A stretch of DNA of 23,315 bases from a candidate division WOR-3 bacterium (GTDB lineage: Bacteria > Hydrothermota > Tepidihabitantia > SM23-42 > CAYGYG01): assembly GCA_965648915.1 (NCBI GenBank), contig CBFGIV010000035.1, forward strand, positions 1 to 23,315. Direction: 5' to 3'. The notes below the pieces were generated by a model. That model worked only from the letters and a program-made list of their open reading frames with translations. It ran no database searches and was not told the DNA's origin. The stretch's first letter is position 1; each line of letters begins with the position of its first letter. Shown piece by piece: positions 1-9,043 of this stretch. The translations under genes and the position numbers were made by a program.

Positions 1-138
1 TTCGGCCGATGTGTGCCTTTACGGATTCAGAGAGTTGTGAGCGGATTGTTCTTGCTCTTTTTAACAAATATAATAACAGATGGAAGGATCGCCCTTTAAG
101 GTCATTAAAAGAATTTACACAAAAATATTGACGCTACC
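1..138 (+). mobile_element. Right end of a probable IS256-family insertion sequence (transposase C-terminus plus terminal inverted repeat); truncated by the window start
   Basis: Frame 3 (3..131, not in the ORF track) reads RPMCAFTDSESCERIVLALFNKYNNRWKDRPLRSLKEFTQKY*, resembling IS256 transposase C-termini (RPM..F....SC.RI...F...N..W...FTQ). The stop lies inside TTTACACAAAAATATTGACGCTACC (114..138), which has the form of an IS256-type terminal repeat (reverse complement GGTAGCGTCAA...TGTGTAAA). Confidence 0.7.
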
Positions 139-153
139 TCCCACAATCTTTTG

Positions 154-181
154 TTGACATTATCTGGAAAATGGATAGAAT
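154..181 (+). promoter_or_regulatory. sigma70-type promoter of the lapA operon
   Basis: TTGACA (154-159), 16 nt, TAGAAT (176-181). SD AGGAGA (189-194) precedes ATG 201. Confidence 0.65.
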
Positions 182-200
182 ATCTCTTAGGAGAAAATCG

Positions 201-503
201 ATGAGATTTATTGCCCTTATCTTTGTGATCCTGGTGGTCGGTCTTTTAGTCGGTTTTTCGGTTATCAACTCTCAGACTAAGGTAGATATTTACCTCTTTG
301 GTCAGGAATATCATCAGTTGCCGGTGATTTTTGTAATCTTCTATTCTTTTCTGGGGGGAATGATATTTGTCCTGGTTTTTGCAGTCGCCAATGAGATAGC
401 ATTGCGCCGTAAACTGGCCCGGGAGAAGAAGATTAACGAAGATATGAGAAAAGAACTGGATGCCTTAAGGAATCTACCAATTTCCGAGGAAGAAGAGAAA
501 TGA
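201..503 (+). CDS. lapA: LapA-family (DUF1049) small membrane protein
   Basis: Two hydrophobic segments flank N..V.IYLFG...LPV, followed by a charged coiled-coil tail, directly upstream of a LapB-like gene. Start moved from 171 to 201 because of the SD and because ATG 171 lies inside the promoter. Confidence 0.75.
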   Translation: MRFIALIFVILVVGLLVGFSVINSQTKVDIYLFGQEYHQLPVIFVIFYSFLGGMIFVLVFAVANEIALRRKLAREKKINEDMRKELDALRNLPISEEEEK

Positions 504-1624
504 CCTATTTAACTTTAATACTCTTCTTCATCCTTGTTGCTTTGATTGCTTATATCCTGCTTAAATATCGACGTGAGAAAAAAACACCACATTCTCCCTA
601 TCTCGATGGGCTGCTGGCCCTGATCGATAATAATATCGATCTGGCAATTAAAAAACTGAAAGAAGCGGCCCAGAATGACACCGACAATATTGAAGCCTAT
701 ATCCGGCTGGGTGATCTCTTCCGGCAAAAAAACGAAATCAATCGGGCAATCCAGATTCATCAACCGCTCACGGTCAGGCCAACACTGACCAAAGAACTTG
801 AGAAGAAGATCTACCTTTCTTTAGCCCGTGATTACATTGCCGATAAACGCTACAACCGGGCAGTTTCTTTTCTGAAAGAGATTCTCAATATCGACCGAGA
901 TAATCATACCGCGCGCGAGATGATCCTGCAGATCTTTGAGACCACCGAAAATTTCTTTGATGCTGCTCAGATTGAGGAGGAGTTTGCTAAGAAAAGCAAA
1001 AACTATGCCCGTCTCGCCGCTTATTATGCCGAGCACGGTAGAAGAATCCTAACTGAAAACGAAAAAGAAGGGATCAACTATTTGCGAAAGGCACTTAAAC
1101 TTTTTGCTGACTGCCCTAATGGTCTCTACTACTTGGGTGAATACTATGTCAACCAGGGTAAACTGGATAAGGCCGCTGACTACTGGGAGAGATTGCTTGA
1201 GATCGCTCCGGTCTACTCTTTTCTAATTCTTGGCAAACTGGAGAAGGTCTATTTTGATCTGGGCCGATTTGATGATCTTATCCCGCGCTATCGAAGTCTA
1301 TTCAATAAGAATCCCAAGAATGTCTCAATTGGATTAGCCCTGAGCGAGATCTATCTGAAGAAAGACGAATATGGCGAAGCCCGGGACCTTTTAGCCAAGA
1401 TCACCGATGTCAATCCCCAGCTTATTACTCCCCACCTCAAACAGTTAGCTCTCTTGATCGAAGAGAATAACTGTCCCGATGCCCTCGCCCTTTTGAATCG
1501 GATAACGAATGATATGCTTGCACCCAAGTTATACTGTAAGCAATGTGGCAGTGAGTATTCAGGGTTTACACTCTTCTGTAAAAAATGTCCGGGGCTACCA
1601 GAATTTGGTGTTCGCTATTTTTAG
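500..1624 (+). CDS. lapB: LapB (YciM)-like TPR protein with N-terminal membrane anchor and C-terminal rubredoxin-type Cys4 site
   Basis: N-terminal TM segment; LapB-like Y..GL..L and LGDLFR...E..RAI.IHQ motifs; TPR repeats; C-terminal CKQC...CKKC; ATGA overlap with lapA. Confidence 0.8.
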   Translation: MTYLTLILFFILVALIAYILLKYRREKKTPHSPYLDGLLALIDNNIDLAIKKLKEAAQNDTDNIEAYIRLGDLFRQKNEINRAIQIHQPLTVRPTLTKELEKKIYLSLARDYIADKRYNRAVSFLKEILNIDRDNHTAREMILQIFETTENFFDAAQIEEEFAKKSKNYARLAAYYAEHGRRILTENEKEGINYLRKALKLFADCPNGLYYLGEYYVNQGKLDKAADYWERLLEIAPVYSFLILGKLEKVYFDLGRFDDLIPRYRSLFNKNPKNVSIGLALSEIYLKKDEYGEARDLLAKITDVNPQLITPHLKQLALLIEENNCPDALALLNRITNDMLAPKLYCKQCGSEYSGFTLFCKKCPGLPEFGVRYF

Positions 1625-2361
1625 CAATCGCTATCGCCTCTGCTTCGGGAGATGAGATTGATGAGGCGATTAAATTGTTTAATGATTTTAAGTTTGAAGA
1701 GGCACGAAAGGCCTTTCAGGAAATTTTAAAGAAAGAATCCAGAGACCCAAGAATCCCTGAGGTCTACTTCTATCTGGCCCGACTCACCCCCAAACCTGAA
1801 TCGGCTGAAGTCTATTATAATATTATTATTACTGACTACCCCGATTCCCGGTTCAGTGACAAGGCCTATCTGGAACTGGCCAAGATGTACTTTGCCCGTG
1901 AGGATTATACCCGGGCAATAATGCGCCTCAACGAGCTGAAAGAGAAATTTCCCGAATCGATTGTGCTGGATCAGGTCTTCTTCTGGCTCGGTTTAGCCTA
2001 TATGGGGGCAAATGATAAAAGAAACGGGATACTCCTGCTTAAATCCTTGATCGAGACCTTCCCCAATTCTCCCTGGGCAGCACGCGCCCGTTCTGTCCTG
2101 CGTTCTGAAAAGCAACCGATTGAGGAAAAGGAGTCTGCTTTTACGGTCCAGATCGGCTCCTACCGGAATCAAGTAAATGCTAAGAACCAGCTGGAAAAAT
2201 TAAAAGCCCGTGGTCTGGACGCTACAATCTCGCAGTTCACAGTTGGTCGGGATACCTTCTATCGAATCTGGGTTGGAGAATTCAATACCCTGGAACAGGC
2301 AAAAGAGTATTTAAGAACACTCGATTCCTTAGGCTATAAAGGGAATGTAGTAAAGAAGTAA
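1585..2361 (+). CDS. Exported TPR (BamD/CpoB-like) protein with C-terminal SPOR peptidoglycan-binding domain
   Basis: Signal-peptide-like N-terminus; repeated YP.S/FP.S TPR motifs; C-terminal FTVQIGSY...NA...YRIWVGEF...A SPOR signature. Confidence 0.8.
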   Translation: MSGATRIWCSLFLAIAIASASGDEIDEAIKLFNDFKFEEARKAFQEILKKESRDPRIPEVYFYLARLTPKPESAEVYYNIIITDYPDSRFSDKAYLELAKMYFAREDYTRAIMRLNELKEKFPESIVLDQVFFWLGLAYMGANDKRNGILLLKSLIETFPNSPWAARARSVLRSEKQPIEEKESAFTVQIGSYRNQVNAKNQLEKLKARGLDATISQFTVGRDTFYRIWVGEFNTLEQAKEYLRTLDSLGYKGNVVKK

Positions 2362-2394
2362 ATCGACCCGATAAGGGGTCTTCAGCCATAAAAA

Positions 2395-4992
2395 ATGGAG
2401 AGACTTACCCCCCTGCTTGATCAATACCGTCAGATCAAAACCCGTTATCAGGACGCTATCTTGCTCTTCCGGATCGGTGATTTTTATGAAATGTTCTTTG
2501 AAGATGCCCAGAAGGCCTCTCGCCTCCTCGGTATCGTATTGACCGCCAAGAGTATCGGTAAGAACAACCGTGTTCCTCTGGCCGGCATCCCCTGTCGGGC
2601 GGCAGAGAATTATATTCAGAAGTTAGTCGCGGCCGGGCTTAAGATTGCAATCTGTGAGCAGTTGGAAGATCCCGAGCAGGCCAAAATCATTGTCAAGCGC
2701 GATGTGGTTGAGGTAATTACCCCGGGGACAATTCTCCGGCCGGGGCTTCTGGCCGAAAGTAAAAATCTCTTTCTTGCGGCAATCAATCCCGAAAAAGACG
2801 GGGTTGGTCTGGCCATCTGTGATCTGACCACCGGCGATTTTACTGTCGGCGAGAGTAGTTTTGAAGAGTTTCAAGAAGAGATAAAGAGGCTTGAGATAAG
2901 AGAGATCGTTATCCCGAAGAGTAAAATCGAGACTTTTAAGGACCGGGTTGAATCGTCACTCCTGACTGTGCTTGAAGACTATAATTTCCTCTATGATGTT
3001 GCCTACCGGAAGTTAAAAGACCACTTCAAAGTGATCACCCTTGAAGGTTTTGGCATCGAAAACCGAATCTATGCAATCCAGGCCGGCGGTGCGCTTATCG
3101 CCTATCTTGAAGAGAACCAGAAATCTTCCCTGCCCCATATAAAGAGTGTAAGCCTCTACCACAATCGTAATTTCCTCTACATCGACTACTTTACCCGAAG
3201 AAACCTTGAAATCTTTGAACAGATTCACGGTGGGGAGGCGCACACGCTGTTTTCCGTAATGAATGGCTGTCTGACCAGTTTTGGTAAAAGGCAGTTGCGG
3301 ATTTTACTCCTCAAGCCGGCAATAGATATCGAGGTGATAAATTATCGCCTCGCCGGGGTAAAAGAGTTGAAAGCGAAGTATTATCTGCGGGAAGAGTTAC
3401 GGGGCCTTCTTTCTGAAATCCACGATGTCGAGAGGATTATGAGCCGAATCGCCCTGGCCCGGGCAACACCGCGCGAACTGGTCCATTTAAAAGATTCACT
3501 CAGGGTCTACCCCGAGATAAAGAAAAGACTAAATGGCGTGGAGAGTAAAGCCCTTAAAGATATTGAAAAAGATCTGGACGAATTTACTGAATTGGTCGAT
3601 TTAATTGAACGGACTTTGGTTGATTCACCCCCTGCGGTTGTAACTGAAGGGGGGCTGATCCGCGAAGGGATCAATCAGGAACTGGACGAATTACGCCGGC
3701 TCGCCCGGGAGTCGAAGCAACTCCTCCTTGAGATGCAGGAGCGGGAAAGAGTGAAGACCGGGATCAGTTCCCTGAAGATTGCCTATAATTCGGTCTTTGG
3801 TTATTATATCGAAGTCACCAAACCAAATCTGAGCCTGGTTCCTGATTATTACATCCGTAAACAGACCCTGACCAATGTCGAAAGATTCTATACCCCGGAG
3901 TTAAAAGAGTTCGAAAAGAAGATCTTAAATAGTGAGGAGCGGATTTTTGAACTGGAGTATGAAATTTATAATAGGTTGCGTGAGCGGATAACTGAGGCGG
4001 CGGTTTCGATTCTTAAATCGACCAAGGCCCTGGCCTGGCTCGATGTGCTTCAGGGATTCAGTCACATTGCCGCCCTCTATAACTATTCCTGCCCGATCGT
4101 TGATAATAGTGATGAGATTGTTATAAAAGAGGGCCGACACCCGATAATTGAGCGTATCCTCGAAAGCGGGAGATTTGTCCCCAACGATACTTTTCTCAAT
4201 AATCTCGAACATCAGATAATGTTAATTACCGGACCGAATATGGCGGGCAAATCGACCTATCTCAGGCAGGTGGCATTGATAGTCATTATGGCACAGACCG
4301 GTTCGTTTGTTCCGGCCCGGGAGGCCAGGATTGGCGTTGTGGATAAGATCTTCTCCCGGATCGGTGCCAGCGATGATCTGGCCCGGGGTGTCAGCACCTT
4401 TCTTGCGGAGATGATGGAAACGGCCAATATATTAAACAATGCGACCCCCCGCAGTCTGATTATTTTTGACGAACTGGGTCGGGGGACCGCTACCTATGAT
4501 GGTCTCTCCCTTGCCTGGGCGGTTATCGAATATCTACATAATAATAATCGGGTAAAGGCCAAAACGATTTTTGCTACCCACTATCACGAACTCACCGATA
4601 TTGCTAAATTTTTAACTGGTGTGAAGAATATGAATTTTATTGTGAAGGAGTATGGTGATGATATAATATTCTTAAGGAAACTCGAACCCGGCGCAAGCGA
4701 TCGCAGCTACGGGATATCAGTTGCGAAACTTGCTGGATTGCCCGGCGTGGTCCTGACCCGGGCACGTGAGATCCTGGCTGGCTTTGAAGAAGGGGAGAGA
4801 CTGAGCGTCGATAATATATCGGGTACTGGTATGCACCAGATGAACCTCTTTTCCGTGCAATCAGCAGAGAAAGAAAAGATACATCCGGTGCTGGAGCGGT
4901 TGAAGGAGCTTAAGATTGATTCGATAACCCCGATCGAGGCCTTGAATCTCTTAAATGAATTGAAGCAAAAAGTAGATAAGCGAGATGAATAA
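2395..4992 (+). CDS. mutS: DNA mismatch repair protein MutS (MutS1)
   Basis: TP...QY start, GDFYEMF mismatch-binding motif, Walker A GPNMAGKST, STF..EM, DELGRGT, SYG..VA.LAGLP; 865 aa. Confidence 0.98.
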   Translation: MERLTPLLDQYRQIKTRYQDAILLFRIGDFYEMFFEDAQKASRLLGIVLTAKSIGKNNRVPLAGIPCRAAENYIQKLVAAGLKIAICEQLEDPEQAKIIVKRDVVEVITPGTILRPGLLAESKNLFLAAINPEKDGVGLAICDLTTGDFTVGESSFEEFQEEIKRLEIREIVIPKSKIETFKDRVESSLLTVLEDYNFLYDVAYRKLKDHFKVITLEGFGIENRIYAIQAGGALIAYLEENQKSSLPHIKSVSLYHNRNFLYIDYFTRRNLEIFEQIHGGEAHTLFSVMNGCLTSFGKRQLRILLLKPAIDIEVINYRLAGVKELKAKYYLREELRGLLSEIHDVERIMSRIALARATPRELVHLKDSLRVYPEIKKRLNGVESKALKDIEKDLDEFTELVDLIERTLVDSPPAVVTEGGLIREGINQELDELRRLARESKQLLLEMQERERVKTGISSLKIAYNSVFGYYIEVTKPNLSLVPDYYIRKQTLTNVERFYTPELKEFEKKILNSEERIFELEYEIYNRLRERITEAAVSILKSTKALAWLDVLQGFSHIAALYNYSCPIVDNSDEIVIKEGRHPIIERILESGRFVPNDTFLNNLEHQIMLITGPNMAGKSTYLRQVALIVIMAQTGSFVPAREARIGVVDKIFSRIGASDDLARGVSTFLAEMMETANILNNATPRSLIIFDELGRGTATYDGLSLAWAVIEYLHNNNRVKAKTIFATHYHELTDIAKFLTGVKNMNFIVKEYGDDIIFLRKLEPGASDRSYGISVAKLAGLPGVVLTRAREILAGFEEGERLSVDNISGTGMHQMNLFSVQSAEKEKIHPVLERLKELKIDSITPIEALNLLNELKQKVDKRDE

Positions 4993-5761
4993 GAAGATTC
5001 TCTTTTTGGGCGATATTATTGGCAAACCCGGAAGGCAGATCCTGAAAGAACGCCTGGCAAAGGTTAAAGAAGAAGAGGGTATCTTTTTTACCATAGCCAA
5101 TGGAGAGAATGGGGCAGGTGGCTTTGGCTTGACCAAGAAGATTATGGATGAGATTTTTATGCTGGGGATTGATTGTCTGACTTCGGGAAATCACATCTGG
5201 GATAAGAAGGATATTATACCCCATTTAAGTGTGGAGACAAAGCTTTTACGGCCGGCCAATTATCCGGCCGGGGTTGAAGGGTTTGGATATAATATCTTTG
5301 AAAAGGAGGGGATTAAACTCGGTGTGATCAATCTTCAGGGCAGAATATTTATGAAACCGATCGATTGCCCTTTCCGGATCGGCGATATAATTGTTGAGGA
5401 AGTGAGCCGGCAGACAAAGAATATCATTATCGACTTCCATGCTGAGGCAACGGCTGAAAAGCAGGCACTGGGTTACTATTTTGCCGGTCGGGTTACAGCA
5501 GTAATCGGGACTCACACCCATGTCCCGACTGCCGACGAGCGGATCCTCGAGGGAAATACCGCCTACATCACCGATGTCGGGATGGTGGGAGGCTTTGATT
5601 CAATCATCGGCAATCGGATTGAAGATGCCTTAGCCAAACTGATTCTTCAGAAACCAACCCATCTCAATGTCAGCGAAAAGGATCTACGGATATTTGGAGT
5701 CATAGTTGAATTCGATGCTGATACCGGTAAGGCGTTGAGTATAAAAAGACTGATCAGTTGA
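4985..5761 (+). CDS. ymdB: YmdB-family (TIGR00282) metallophosphoesterase, 2',3'-cyclic-nucleotide phosphodiesterase
   Basis: Motifs GDIIG.PGR, NGEN..GG.G, GNH.WD, LRPANYP, DFHAEAT.EK, GTHTHV, TDVGM.G. Overlaps the mutS stop. Confidence 0.93.
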   Translation: MNKKILFLGDIIGKPGRQILKERLAKVKEEEGIFFTIANGENGAGGFGLTKKIMDEIFMLGIDCLTSGNHIWDKKDIIPHLSVETKLLRPANYPAGVEGFGYNIFEKEGIKLGVINLQGRIFMKPIDCPFRIGDIIVEEVSRQTKNIIIDFHAEATAEKQALGYYFAGRVTAVIGTHTHVPTADERILEGNTAYITDVGMVGGFDSIIGNRIEDALAKLILQKPTHLNVSEKDLRIFGVIVEFDADTGKALSIKRLIS

Positions 5762-5767
5762 TCCTTC

Positions 5768-6745
5768 CTAATAATCAACCTTTTCGCTTATTTTTGCCCT
5801 GGGCAGATCCTTTGCCCTGATCCAGACGCCATTGCGCCGCACCTGAATACCGCTATCCCAACCCTGATAGAGGAAGTTCAGATAATCACTCTGTTGCTGG
5901 AGAATCAATTCTCCACCAATGAAGAACCCACCATCAACTGGATCGAGAATCAGCCAGCCATAAGGGGCAAGATAGATCTGGAGGAGGCGGGATTTCTCTG
6001 TGGCAAGAAGTCGGGTTGGTATCCCCTTCTGCCGGCATAATGCGGAAAGGAGAATTATCCGTTCTTCTGCAGAACCTTCCCCTCTTCTAATAATATCTCG
6101 GGCAGTAAAAAATTCAGGATGGCCTCCTGGTTTGATTCTCTCCTGAACATAGTTAAAGATTCTTGCGATCTTCTTCAGAAGTAATGTATCAGAACCAATC
6201 GCTTCATCGGCTGCAGCAGTTACCTCATTGGAACCGAGGTCGAAAAGGTTGGAAGATGTAGTATACAACGCAATGGTCTCGGCCGGCACTTCAGTTAGAG
6301 TCAAAATTAAACTATCCACTGGCTCAACCCGGGTTTTTGGTAAGATCTGAATCTGCGCTGACCAGGCATAGACCCCAAAATTATTTGGTGGTGCGCCTTC
6401 GTAAATCAAATATCTCTGCCCCTGCCGTTCAATGATTGTGCTCGGTGTGGGCTTAAATCTAATCTCCTTAACCTTCTGCCCGTTGATTTCGGGCGGGACC
6501 GGAATGCAGAGAGCAAAATCGGGAATAAGTTCATTGAGTTTTATAACAATCCGGCGTTCGACCTTCTTTATTGTGCCTGGCCCCTGAAGGATTGGGCTCA
6601 TTATCTCCTGAACGATCTGGGTTTTAACCCGGATCCGTGCCTGCCGTTTATCTTCAACCGAGGTGCAGGTTAGAGAAAGTAAAGAGAAGAACACCAGCAA
6701 GGAGTGCTTAAACAAATTTATTTTATTTACCCGCATCTTTTTCAT
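5768..6745 (-). CDS. Transglutaminase-like fold putative lipoprotein with degenerate catalytic residues
   Basis: Basic N-terminus, hydrophobic stretch and LSLTC lipobox-like site. Core IFNYV...G.G....LL.ALCR..GIP.R...Y...YGW...DP matches the transglutaminase-like family. Confidence 0.75.
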   Translation of the reverse strand: MKKMRVNKINLFKHSLLVFFSLLSLTCTSVEDKRQARIRVKTQIVQEIMSPILQGPGTIKKVERRIVIKLNELIPDFALCIPVPPEINGQKVKEIRFKPTPSTIIERQGQRYLIYEGAPPNNFGVYAWSAQIQILPKTRVEPVDSLILTLTEVPAETIALYTTSSNLFDLGSNEVTAAADEAIGSDTLLLKKIARIFNYVQERIKPGGHPEFFTARDIIRRGEGSAEERIILLSALCRQKGIPTRLLATEKSRLLQIYLAPYGWLILDPVDGGFFIGGELILQQQSDYLNFLYQGWDSGIQVRRNGVWIRAKDLPRAKISEKVDY

Positions 6746-6750
6746 CGCAA

Positions 6751-6823
6751 AGCGGCGGACGGGGATCGAACCCGCAACAGCCAGCTTGGAAGGCTGGAAC
6801 TCTACCAGTTGAGTTACCGCCGC
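6751..6823 (-). tRNA. tRNA-Gly (anticodon TCC), CCA not encoded
   Basis: Reverse complement GCGGCGGTAACTCAACTGGTAGAGTTCCAGCCTTCCAAGCTGGCTGTTGCGGGTTCGATCCCCGTCCGCCGCT: acceptor stem GCGGCGG/CCGCCGC, anticodon arm CCAGC-CTTCCAA-GCTGG, TTCGA T-loop, U discriminator. Confidence 0.97.
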
Positions 6824-6838
6824 ATATTCTGTAAGGAG

Positions 6839-6866
6839 ATTATAATTTAAAAAATAGATTAGTCAA
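6839..6866 (-). promoter_or_regulatory. sigma70-type promoter for tRNA-Gly
   Basis: Minus strand: TTGACT (6866-6861), 16 nt, TATAAT (6844-6839). Confidence 0.7.
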
Positions 6867-6884
6867 GATAAAAAGAGACGCCTC

Positions 6885-6912
6885 TTGAAAAAATCAATAT
6901 CAGGGATATAAT
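6885..6912 (+). promoter_or_regulatory. sigma70-type promoter for the clostripain gene, probably leaderless
   Basis: TTGAAA (6885-6890), 16 nt, TATAAT (6907-6912). ATG 6920 follows 7 nt later with no SD. Confidence 0.6.
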
Positions 6913-6919
6913 AGATTTG

Positions 6920-9043
6920 ATGAGTAAGATTTTCCAAAAAGATTGGCGGGTCGGGTTAGTCATCTCCATTCTTTTATTGCTGGCCAGGGGTTTAATCGCC
7001 CGGGAGTGGACCGTTGCAGTCTATATGGCGGCGGATAATGACCTCTCCTATTTTGCAACCCTGGATATTGAGGAGATGAAGCGACTATCTTTCAGTGACA
7101 GAGTCTCAATTGTCATCCAGATCGACCGACCGTATGAAACCTGTAAACGTTATCTTGTTAGGCCCGGCAAACTAACTCTGCTTGAAGATATTGGTGAGGT
7201 CGATATGTGTGCGCCAGAAGAGATTGCCAATTTTGCCCGATTTATCAAGGAAACATATCCGGCAGATAAATACCTGATAATTCTCTGGGACCACGGCACC
7301 GGCTGGGTTACCGGACCTAAACGTTCATTCGGCAGTGACTGGTCGAGTAATAATACCGTGGGTATAAGTGATGGCGAACTTGGGCGGGCGATTTTTAAAG
7401 CCCACCAAGCACTGGACAAAAAGATAGAGATCCTCTGTTTTGATGCCTGTCTGATGGCAATGGTTGAGGTTGCCAGTGAACTGGCTCAGAATGTAAAATA
7501 TCTTATTGCTTCGGAACACTGGATTCCGGTTGAGGGCTATCCTTATGATAAGGTCTTAAATATTTTAATCTCGGATCCTAAAATCTCTCCTGAAGAATTT
7601 GGCCGGTCAATGATCGATACCTATATTGCCCACTATCCGAATTTAAATACTACGCTAAGTCTTATTGATGTTGATAAGATTAGACCATTAAATAAAGCGG
7701 TAAAGAATTTGATTGAAGGTATTGGTGTCGGGCCGGTCCCGGAAGTTTTCAAAAAAATCAGGGAGTCAGTGCAGACCTTTTCCAGTGGGACTCAGGGTAT
7801 ACCCACACCCCAGGACGACAATATCGATCTTGGTGATTTTCTTATCATGCTTAATGATGTGGTAGGTTCAGATCCGGCGCGCAGCGCGGTGGAGGCGCTG
7901 GAACAAACAGTCAAGTATGTAAAACATAATGGAGGGCTTCTTACCGGTTCCCGAGGGGTGGCGGTTTGGTTCCCTGATACATACTTCCCGGACTTCAAAC
8001 CCCTGATCCAGAGTTATACCGGGCTTGTCTGGTCTAAGGAGACCGGCTGGGAGAGATTTTTAAATTGGTTCTATAATAAGGATGATCTCCCGCCAACCCA
8101 GCCCTCTATTACCTTTTCTCAAGTGGCAGATAATAATCTTACCATCTACTGGTCAAAGGCGTATGATCTGGCATCGGTCCGTTATAACCTCATCGAAGGC
8201 AGGGGTATCCTGGCTGTTTATGAAGATGCAATGGAGGATACATCCCTTTGGTTACTCAATGGCTTTTCTTTTTCCAGTACCAGGCAACGCTCGGGGACTT
8301 TTTCCCTCTTTACCGGCCAGGGTAATCGGCTCGACAATAGTGCACAACTGAAAAATCCAGTCTACCTCGATAATTTTGGTCTGACCACTTTCTATGCCAG
8401 TTTTGATATTGAAGAGAGAAACGATTCGTTGATCTTTGAGGTAAAGCGCGGAGAGGGCGACTGGCAAATCAAGAAAGCAGTTTATGGCCTGAATCCAAAC
8501 TGGACTGAATATCGGATTATGATTGATGAACCAGGCACTTACCAGTTTAGATTCCGCTATCGGACCGACAGTGCCCGGGCTCAACCTGGTGGATATATCG
8601 ATGACCTGAAGATAAGTTTGATTCAGGACGCCCGCTATCTGATCCAGGATTTTCCGGATACATCATTCTATCTCTTCAACAAACCAAGCGGCGTCTACTA
8701 CTTTACCGTAAATGCTACGGACCTTTATAATAATCAGAGTAATTACAGCCAGTTCCAATCAATTGCCCTTGAAGATTATGCTACCCCTTATTCTATCCCC
8801 AACCCATTTATCAGGGACTGCACAATCATTCTTGACTACCCCGATAATCCTCCGTCACCACCGATTGTCGAAATTTACTCAATTGATGGACGCAAGATAA
8901 AAAGATTCAGTTCCGTAATTGGCAAAAGAATCTACTGGAATGGGAAGGGGGATGATGGTAAAGATGTGGGGAGTGGACTCTACTTTGTGAGTCTGCACAC
9001 GGGAAGTTTTAAGAGATTAGGGAAGATCGCCCGCGTTGATTAA
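6920..9043 (+). CDS. Secreted clostripain-family (peptidase C11) cysteine protease with beta-rich accessory domains and FlgD-Ig/T9SS-like C-terminal domain
   Basis: Signal peptide; WT..VYM.ADNDL; catalytic His in LWDHG.GW; catalytic Cys in FDACLM..VEVA; ASE; C-terminal PNPF...IYSIDGRKIK...WNG.G..G..V.SGLYFV. ATG 6920 chosen over TTG 6917. Confidence 0.88.
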   Translation: MSKIFQKDWRVGLVISILLLLARGLIAREWTVAVYMAADNDLSYFATLDIEEMKRLSFSDRVSIVIQIDRPYETCKRYLVRPGKLTLLEDIGEVDMCAPEEIANFARFIKETYPADKYLIILWDHGTGWVTGPKRSFGSDWSSNNTVGISDGELGRAIFKAHQALDKKIEILCFDACLMAMVEVASELAQNVKYLIASEHWIPVEGYPYDKVLNILISDPKISPEEFGRSMIDTYIAHYPNLNTTLSLIDVDKIRPLNKAVKNLIEGIGVGPVPEVFKKIRESVQTFSSGTQGIPTPQDDNIDLGDFLIMLNDVVGSDPARSAVEALEQTVKYVKHNGGLLTGSRGVAVWFPDTYFPDFKPLIQSYTGLVWSKETGWERFLNWFYNKDDLPPTQPSITFSQVADNNLTIYWSKAYDLASVRYNLIEGRGILAVYEDAMEDTSLWLLNGFSFSSTRQRSGTFSLFTGQGNRLDNSAQLKNPVYLDNFGLTTFYASFDIEERNDSLIFEVKRGEGDWQIKKAVYGLNPNWTEYRIMIDEPGTYQFRFRYRTDSARAQPGGYIDDLKISLIQDARYLIQDFPDTSFYLFNKPSGVYYFTVNATDLYNNQSNYSQFQSIALEDYATPYSIPNPFIRDCTIILDYPDNPPSPPIVEIYSIDGRKIKRFSSVIGKRIYWNGKGDDGKDVGSGLYFVSLHTGSFKRLGKIARVD

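Noticed and set aside
34..52. lac-operator-like TTGTGAGCGGAT
   Set aside because: Only a half-site matches, it is not palindromic, and it lies inside the putative transposase frame; no other vector sequence is present.
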